Notes under the pieces: generated by a model | What the model was told of the DNA's origin: nothing | What the model saw: the letters and a program-made list of their open reading frames with translations, nothing else | Database searches by the model: none | In this document: positions 35,999 through 43,392 of the stretch, piece by piece | How the letters are laid out: each line of letters starts with the position of its first letter | How positions within the stretch are numbered: the first letter of the stretch is position 1 | Source of the DNA: Craspedostauros australis | Taxonomy: Eukaryota | Assembly (NCBI GenBank): GCA_030167865.1 | Contig: JALAGF010005615.1 | Location: 1 to 43,392, forward strand | Direction: 5' to 3' | DNA length: 43,392 bases | Program-made: the position numbers and the translations under genes

Positions 35999-38147
35999 GA
36001 GCAGACGTTGGGGTAGGTTTCCACAGAGGTCTCGAGAGAGAGAGAGAGAGAGAGTCGACCACATCACGAGACGGTTGTTGGCATGCTTGGTTCACACATC
36101 GATGCGGACTGTCAAACATCGGCCAATAGCTTCATCCACAACCAGTCACGATCAGTCACCAACAAATGATCCAATTACAGCGGAAGCATGCACCGCTACA
36201 AACACCAGCATGTGCTCGCAATCTGAACTCAAATGCGTCGATTCAGGGAATAGGATCATTTGTAGCGGTAACAGATGCAGCAGCAGAAACAACCGTTGGA
36301 ACCATGCCTGAGCATCCTCCGCACACGGTACATCACAAACGCATCGCACACGATGATGCAAGTGAGGCCTCGGTCAAAAAGGACTTCGGAGTCGCCAACA
36401 AGACGATCGACAGGCAAGCAGGCCGACAAGCACACAAATGAAACAATGAATGAACAAAAGCACAAGCACATCAGGGTGCGGCGGGTTGGAGGAGAGTGCA
36501 CAGGTAAGAGGAAAGAATGTGTTGTGCACGTGTGCAGAGAAATTGTCCACCCACACCAATGATGAGAGGCATTCAAAGATCGGATGGGGAACATGGAACT
36601 GGTCATACTGTCCTCGATGTGCCGGTTGGGTGTTCTTTCGGCATGGTCCTTGGACGTAGCCACCATCCAATTCGGTCGCTTTTAACCCTAACAGTTCATG
36701 CACAGCCGACCGCCTAGCTCCGGTCACATCCAGGTCATGCGTTCCACGGCACAGGAAAGGCATTCCGTCATTCCGCAGCCAAAGCTATTAGACACATGTA
36801 CGGAGCCAAGGTGCGCAACCCAGCAACGCATTGATTTGCAACTGTTGGAGTCGGCCCCCCATGTATGGATTCATTCGCGATCCGAGCACAGAGGGCCAGT
36901 ATCAAGAGGAATCCAGACATGCCATTCACGGCGAACACCACGCACCACGACAGTAGTTCCGTTCCCCAATCACAAGACGAGCTTGCCTTCGCCACAAAGT
37001 GACCGTAGACGGAACCGACGGTTGTCCCTGCGGTTAGATTACGAGTTGGTTGCCCCGCGCAATCCCATTCAGGGCACGTCTTTCATCGGGAGATTGGGAA
37101 TCACTTGCAAGATTTCATCACGAAATCCTGCTTGGACCCTGTGATTCCGCGATGTGTATGGCGACGACAATGATAGAGAGCACCGTGCATACAGTTGTAG
37201 ACATTTGGATGCAACTTGCGTTCGGGACATGCTTCGATACATTTTACAGAGACCCCCTTCTAACGAGCACAGTGTCAACGATGAACGATCTCTCCGATGG
37301 ATACTTCACGATGTCCCTTAGAGCCGCGTGCTCGGCTCGGATCGACTACTGCGGACGAAGGCGAAAACATTCTTTTTGCCATTCCGAATGGATTGCTGAG
37401 GTGATCGGTGGACAATGGCGCAGCGCGATTACCGTTCTCATCTGCCATGATAAGCGTTGTTTCCATGGAATGCATGATGAGAGATGCTGTATGCGACTGA
37501 CCCCATTCCATTTGACTTCATCCAATTCATTTTTCTTGCTATTGCTCTTCCTGCCAACGTTGTTTCCTTTTCTTCTTCTTTTTGCATCCGCTCCATCGCT
37601 GACGGGCAGGAGTGCTGTCCGCAGCTGTGAGACTCAACACACCACATTCTACAATCGCGCGACGATGAGGTCCCGAGGAATCGATATAGTGCGACGAAGA
37701 TACAACCGTATTGAGTATCAAGGTCGTGCAAAGCAGCGGACGCAGGATCACCACCTTGGGAAAGTGAGAGGAGCCAATCGAAACGGCAACTGGAGTCAAG
37801 TGGGAAAGGCATCAAGTTGCATTTCGCTTCGAGTACGGGACGCGCAAAATATGACAACAGTATCCAAATGGAAAAGGCAATGTCATGTACTCGTAGAGTG
37901 CCCGTACTGGACGACTACATACTAGTAGGACAGACATCGGCCGAACAAACACAATAATCAATCTCTGGATTAGAAGAATAGAGGATGCCGATGAAGACTA
38001 TTCCCGCAACGCTTGCACATATCTACTTCTTTGATGATTGGGATTACCCGACACTTCTGCAACGACGCCTACGGGGGCACAGCGAAGCGACGTCACTATC
38101 TCTCTCTATTTATATTCTCGCCGACCACAGCGGCTCCTCGTCTTGCT

Positions 38148-39023
38148 TCATCCAAAGCATTCTCTCTTTCTCCCTCTCTGCCGGACCTGCTCTAATCGAG
38201 TCAGTGCATTGGTCGCGAATTTGGATTGCCCCCGCGTCGTCTTGTACACGTCCAAGATCTGAGCAAAGAATGCGCCGTCCAGCTCTGGATGGGCGGACAG
38301 CAGGGCCCTTTCCAGAACGTACAAATCAACGGCCTGCTCTTCCGCGCTGGTCGTACTCTTTGCCAGACCAAAGTCGATCAGTGCGATGGTGTCACTCTCT
38401 TGGATCATCTGGCGGACTCCATTTTCTTCAGTGGTTGAGGGCGCCGCATCGGAAGGCTTCGAATCCAAAACTATCATGTTGGAAGTAGTTAAGTCACCAT
38501 GAATCAACCCCAAGTCATGCAGATTGCCAAGCATCATGCCGATCAGCTTCGCCAACGTCGCCGTTGCTGCGGTTGCTGTTGGATCTGTGCTCATTGCGTC
38601 GGTGCTGGCATCTTCTGCAGGATTCTCTGCTGCTGCCGTCGACAATGTGGTCGACAATGCCTTGGCTAGGAATTGCTTAACGGTGGGACCATGCAGAAAT
38701 TCCAGGAACAGCAACGGCGATTGTATCCGAATGAGCTTGGGAGCGCGGACTTTCCCGTCGCTCTTCCAGCATTTCTCCAACGCCTTGCCTTCCGCCTTGC
38801 ATCGACTCTTGGTCAAGCGCTCGTCGAGCATCGGGTGACGGTAGGCCTTGGAGAAGCGTTCCTTGCACACCATCGCATCGCGTCCGCCGCCTGCTGGGAT
38901 CTTCCAAACTTTGGCCTCAGCGCCCTGATAGATGATCTCCCAGTTCGGACGCGGTGATGATGGGAAGGCATCCTCCGTCTTTGGTGATGATGGGTCCTTC
39001 CCTGCAGCTTGATCGGAACTCAT
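38148..39023 (-). CDS. BUD32: Bud32/PRPK atypical kinase of the KEOPS complex
   Basis: QGAEAKV, KERFSKAYRHP.LD..LT..R...E, IHGDLTTSNM, LIDFGL, AVDLYVLERAL.S.HP and C-terminal VRQRGRKRECFG. Confidence 0.95.
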   Translation of the reverse strand: MSSDQAAGKDPSSPKTEDAFPSSPRPNWEIIYQGAEAKVWKIPAGGGRDAMVCKERFSKAYRHPMLDERLTKSRCKAEGKALEKCWKSDGKVRAPKLIRIQSPLLFLEFLHGPTVKQFLAKALSTTLSTAAAENPAEDASTDAMSTDPTATAATATLAKLIGMMLGNLHDLGLIHGDLTTSNMIVLDSKPSDAAPSTTEENGVRQMIQESDTIALIDFGLAKSTTSAEEQAVDLYVLERALLSAHPELDGAFFAQILDVYKTTRGQSKFATNALTRLEQVRQRGRKRECFG

Positions 39024-39301
39024 TGTGACCGTAATCGCACGAATGGTGGCTTTGATTGGTGTTGCTTGATGTGCTCGTCTCTGCGGTCTTTGGTTTGTTG
39101 GTCGGTGTGCACGAGTTCTGGGCAGAGCCATCGACATGATGGCGATTGTGTGTGGTTTGGGTTGCGCGATATTGGGGATAAGGGCAAAATAATTAAAACC
39201 ATACTAAATGGTAATACGCAAGCCATTCATTGTAAACAACTTCACCAACAACAACATGTTTGGAAATGGCATGTCTCCCAATACTATCTATGCGACACAA
39301 C

Positions 39302-39306
39302 AAAAA
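39302..39306 (-). terminator. Pol III oligo-T terminator of tRNA-Asp
   Basis: TTTTT on the minus strand, separated from the discriminator base by one nucleotide. Confidence 0.8.
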
Positions 39307-39307
39307 G

Positions 39308-39379
39308 CTCCGACACGGGGAATCGAACCCCGGTCTCCCGCGTGACAGGCGGGGATACTAGCCACTATACTATGTCGGA
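39308..39379 (-). tRNA. tRNA-Asp (anticodon GTC), intronless
   Basis: Minus strand reads TCCGACATAGTATAGTGGCTAGTATCCCCGCCTGTCACGCGGGAGACCGGGGTTCGATTCCCCGTGTCGGAG (72 nt), with acceptor stem TCCGACA/TGTCGGA and T-loop GTTCGATT. Confidence 0.97.
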
Positions 39380-39782
39380 TTTGTCGCTCTTGGTGGTGGA
39401 GGGCTGCGAAGTAGAATTAACTAACACTACAATACGCAGAGGCCTCATCCTTTCCTGTTTGGTGTTGACTGCGCCGAGCGGCGCCCACAGACAGCAATCC
39501 ATCAAAGAGGACTTGTGACGAGAGCCTACTGAGCTCAACTGACTGAGCATTCACACCATGGCACCAATCAAGTTCTGTTGACACATGTTGAGACTTGGAA
39601 GCGTTTCTGCTTTGGATCAACACGTGGAGGCGCCTCTCCGGGGAGTTCGGTGCTGACCTCCTTGTTGACATGTGATACTCTGGCTTCGTGTCGAAAGGAA
39701 AGATCTTGCCAAGTATCACCTTGTGTGCCAAGGCGAAAGATGAAGAACTCCTTCTCCGACAGCACACACCAACGAGCAACAT

Positions 39783-39832
39783 CATTCATTCATTCAGTCA
39801 GTCAGTCAGTCAGTCAGTCAGTCAGCCAGTCA
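39783..39832. repeat. Compound tetranucleotide microsatellite (CATT)n(CAGT)n
   Basis: cattcattcattcagtcagtcagtcagtcagtcagtcagtcagccagtca, seen directly. Confidence 0.95.
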
Positions 39833-39971
39833 TGTGCGAATGGTGTCACATCCAGGACGTACTCTCACTTGAAGTTCACTTAAGGACAGACTGCTTTCCA
39901 TCTTATTGTGTCCCACGTCGTTGCCTGAAATCCACTTTTGGCGCAAAACCTTCCGACCCCGACAAACACAA

Positions 39972-40019
39972 ATGTCGAGATGTACATGTGAGTATATGTC
40001 GAGATGTACGTGTATATGT
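39972..40019. repeat. Two-copy 24-bp tandem duplication
   Basis: ATGTCGAGATGTACATGTGAGTAT followed by ATGTCGAGATGTACGTGTATATGT. Confidence 0.8.
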
Positions 40020-40839
40020 GCATCGTTCACCCGTTATTCTCTCATACGCACTTGGACGGTATAACTACATTCGTGTCGATAGTAGGCTGTGATTCATCAG
40101 AATTACAGTGGGAATGGAACACACGAAAAGGAGCAAGACTTCTGGAGGAAATTTGCAACCGACGATTTCTGAGAGAATTGGAAATATCATCCGTCCATCC
40201 ATCAATGGTACCAAGAGAATCTCGAGGTACTTCCCAACTAAACCTCAGATGACGATATCATCTGACAGGCCACTGCATCACCAATGGAACGTGACATCTG
40301 GAGAGCAGAAGGACGCCTACTGACGTTGACAGGATGTCATCATGTCATCATGTCGACATCTGTCTCCAAGTCAGAGCAGGAGGCAAAGATCCGATGACCG
40401 AAAGGTATCAGCATCATGGATACTGAAGATGAACTTCAAATGGTAAGTACTCATGGAGTAGGAGCCAGTACTGAATGAACGGAGTGTCAAATGCAGAGTA
40501 CGCATTGAACACGGAGTATCGTATGGCACGAAGTACATGATGCTGAGACAGAAAGAGAGAGAGAATACGAAGAGCAGCAAGAGAGCATCTTGCACACTGA
40601 CTCATAGCTGGAGACCAAATCTACAAAACAGATTGAAGCACCAAGAGCATTGGGCAAGAGAACTGGTGTACACCAAGAGGATTGGAGTAGCCAAGTAATG
40701 AAATAGCAAATGAACGACTATCAACCAACACCACCTTCCACAATCGTAGGTTACCAATCACGGAACTTGCCAACATATTGGAACCCTTCTGTTTCCTTGA
40801 CATGGGTCCCAAAGATCTGCTTCAATGATCTGGATTGGT

Positions 40840-41338
40840 CCCCAAACGTGGGTGTGGATGAGGCTTGCATTCGATCTACTGGATTGCCGATGAGTTGGAT
40901 GGTTCGTAGTGTCTCTCACTAAGGTAGTTACTAGTTTAGCTCTATTAGCAGCAGCAATCCAGAAAATCTGCGGCTACGTGGACCAAGCAACTCGTGCGGC
41001 GCATCTGGCATATTGCATGGAAACAGTGGACAGTACGCAACGAGGCGCTCTTTGAAAGCCACGACTCGGCCGAAGCCGAAATGAGTCAAGCTCTCAGAGA
41101 CCGAGCAGAGTCATTTCGACTTCGCCTCGAGGAAGACCATGCAGCCAACAGCAGAATCCTGCTCTCAATTCCCGGAGAGGGCGCTCACATAGCGCAGGTC
41201 GCGGTGTGGGTGGAGCAAGCGGCCATGCTACTGCGTGAACCGGCCGCCACTGGCGCCCTATTCACGTGCCTAAAGTACCTCCGGCAAGCTCACCCAATCC
41301 CCGGCGATGGCGCAAGCAACCTCACGGAAGGTGGATAG
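40840..41338 (+). mobile_element. Probable decayed C-terminal fragment of a non-LTR retrotransposon ORF2
   Basis: The frame reads ATWTKQLVRRIWHIAWKQWTVRNEALF, a Trp-rich W..RN..L motif typical of ORF2 C-termini. The upstream frame is broken by stops and no RT domain is recognisable. Confidence 0.4.
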
Positions 41339-42512
41339 CACATAAACGATATACATTCAGCAACACATGGATTCCGTGCTCCCTTCGCGCCTTGCGCGAA
41401 GTTGAAAGGAGGCGGAGAAAAGCGCCACCGGCGCAGCCTCATAGGAGGAAGTTGGAATTCGTGTGCGTTTGCAGACGAACCGGAGTAGGCCTTGTGGACT
41501 GCCGGCTTCTGATGAAGACCGATTGATGCAGCTCACGGGGCTTGAACGTAGTTGACTGTTAGGACTTGATACGATGAATAGAGTAGAAGTGTTGTACTAA
41601 TCTGAACTTGTTGTAGTATGAGTTAGTGTTGCTATAGGCAGGATGAAGAAACGATATTCGTTGCATTGGAACGGCTCTGCACTGATCCTCATGGTTCGGT
41701 GCTGAGGAGAGACTGTACTTTACCCTTTATCCTTCTCCTCTCGATTGCTGGCGATGTCATGCAGGAGGTCTTGTGGCTTCAGCAGATGTTGAAGCAACGG
41801 CAGCTATGCAGCCGGAGTCAGCAGCTTGGACCTGTATCAAGATTCCATTGCTGTGGTTGAAGCAGCGTGGATTGCGCGCGGCGGAGCTGGCATAGTCAGC
41901 GGACGCCGTGGCAGCAAAAGGGAATCCAGGTGGGCCCATCTGGTAAGATCTGGGGAGCATATAGTTCCCACATACGTTGGTTGGTTTAGACGGACCGTAG
42001 CATGGTAATCGGGAATGGTTCGTGACTCAAAAGAAAGGAAGACAAGGAAAGATCTGGCAGTCGTCGGGTTTGGACGATTGCGCGCCAAAAACAATTTCAA
42101 GCGACGACACAGGACACCCTAAAAGGAAAATGGTCGATTCTTAGATGAGCCTCAGCTGAGGGTTTAATCTTTGCGCTATTTATTTATTTATTTGGGAATG
42201 ATCCGCTTCCTCGTCCTGGGGTTGTCATCACCGACGTCCTTTGGGTTGGCACATCCACCACTTCTACGGGTGCAGGCTGCGCTGATACATCCTCAGCTGG
42301 CTGTGCTTTCTCCTCATCTGTTTGTGGTGCTGCTTCGCAGGTAATGTGCTTCGGACATTCCAGTTGGGTAGAAGCCGTCGTGTGGAGACGATGATGAGAG
42401 CAGCATCCGGCGGTGGCTCAAGCCCTTCAAGACTTGGGTTTGGCGTGGAGCTGATCCGATCAGAGAAATGGGTCGCTCCCTTGGTGCCGCCACCGGTGAG
42501 CAGACAAGCCGC

Positions 42513-43392
42513 TTATGTGCAGGCTGGGCAGGAGCTGCCGGACGCAATGTTAAAGAAGGCAGTGAGAGGAGTGCAGGAATTGGGGGCCACGAGATCCTTG
42601 TAGCAGTAGCTACATCCGGAGTAGGGCACAACAGGTGTGTCGTTGCACACGCCATCGGAGAGGTTGATGTCGGCGCTCCAGTAGAACTGGTAGCCCAAGT
42701 ATCGGCAAGAGTTGGCTGACACGCAGGTGCCATCGCCAATCCTGGTGGATCCCTCGAACTGGTTAAATGGGATGGCCGGGGAGACGTTAGTGTCGCTGAC
42801 GTGGGCATTGACGTAAGAGCACGAATTGTTGTTGGTGCAGGATCCGGCCCCGACGATAGTGTCGGAGACACGTTTGTTGTCGGTGGTGCCGTTGCCCTGG
42901 GTTGGTGTGACGGTGGCGTAGCTGGTTGGTCCAGCACCCATCGCAGCACACGCACCGGTTCCGGTGCAGGAACCTGCGCCGACGATGGCATCACCATTGG
43001 ACTGCTGGGCGAAGGCGTAGCACGAATTGTCTCCCTGGCATGATCCTGGAGCCACAACGGAGGCCTTGAAGGTTCCGGAGTTGAAGTTGAAGTACGCACA
43101 GGCGTTGTCGTCAGTGGGGCCGGGGCCGCTGATGCAGGATCCCTGGAAGATGATGCTCTGGGGCTCGAGGCTGCTGCAGGCCGTAGTTCCAATGCAGCTG
43201 TTGGATGCGATGGATGCAATGCCCACCCAAGAGCAAGCGTTGGTTCCAGTGCAGCAGGGTCGTCCTCCTTCGGCGCACCAGGCGATGGCGTCGGCGTCAG
43301 TTCCGGTGAACATATCTCCGTCAGCGGCGAGTGCGGCAGTGAATGCCTCGAAAACACCGGTCTTTGTGCTGATGGCGTTGTAGAGGTCGAGA
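42513..43392 (-). CDS. Cys/Gly/Ser/Thr-rich repeat protein (xxGxGSCxGxxAC repeats), 5' partial
   Basis: The frame stays open from stop 42513 to the window edge (...LDLYNAISTKTGVFEAFTAALAADGDMFTG...) and contains about nine Cys-pair repeats. Confidence 0.75.
   Translation of the reverse strand, partial: LDLYNAISTKTGVFEAFTAALAADGDMFTGTDADAIAWCAEGGRPCCTGTNACSWVGIASIASNSCIGTTACSSLEPQSIIFQGSCISGPGPTDDNACAYFNFNSGTFKASVVAPGSCQGDNSCYAFAQQSNGDAIVGAGSCTGTGACAAMGAGPTSYATVTPTQGNGTTDNKRVSDTIVGAGSCTNNNSCSYVNAHVSDTNVSPAIPFNQFEGSTRIGDGTCVSANSCRYLGYQFYWSADINLSDGVCNDTPVVPYSGCSYCYKDLVAPNSCTPLTAFFNIASGSSCPACT

Noticed and set aside
37050..37925. 291-aa ORF between the hypothetical gene and Bud32
   Set aside because: Non-ATG start, runs through a pyrimidine-rich low-complexity tract, has atypical composition and shows no motifs. 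A decayed gene cannot be excluded.
42314..43357. 347-aa Pro/Ser-rich minus-strand ORF
   Set aside because: Alternative frame overlapping the Cys-repeat protein, whose regular repeats make it the credible frame.

Overview
Gene-dense eukaryotic nuclear DNA, most likely from a diatom or related stramenopile (inferred from GT-AG introns of about 250-500 bp, an ASAFAP-type plastid presequence on ClpB and a C-terminal DEL ER-retention signal). The window opens with a ~1.4 kb foldback-like structure: long imperfect inverted arms built from ~180-bp subrepeats, interrupted by a 50-N gap. Housekeeping genes follow: a Golgi-type glycosyltransferase, divergent RPL15/RPL28, a TMEM184-family protein, a USP deubiquitinase with Tudor-like modules, TMEM128, RFC1, plastid ClpB, two tandem Skp1-like genes, EMC2, SLD5/GINS4, an ER 2OG-Fe(II) oxygenase with a ShKT domain, a small acidic hypothetical protein, Bud32 and tRNA-Asp(GTC). 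The window ends with a probable decayed non-LTR retrotransposon fragment and a 5'-truncated Cys-rich repeat protein. Exon boundaries were derived by hand from GT/AG sites and frame continuity. Family assignments come from motif recognition, not database searches.
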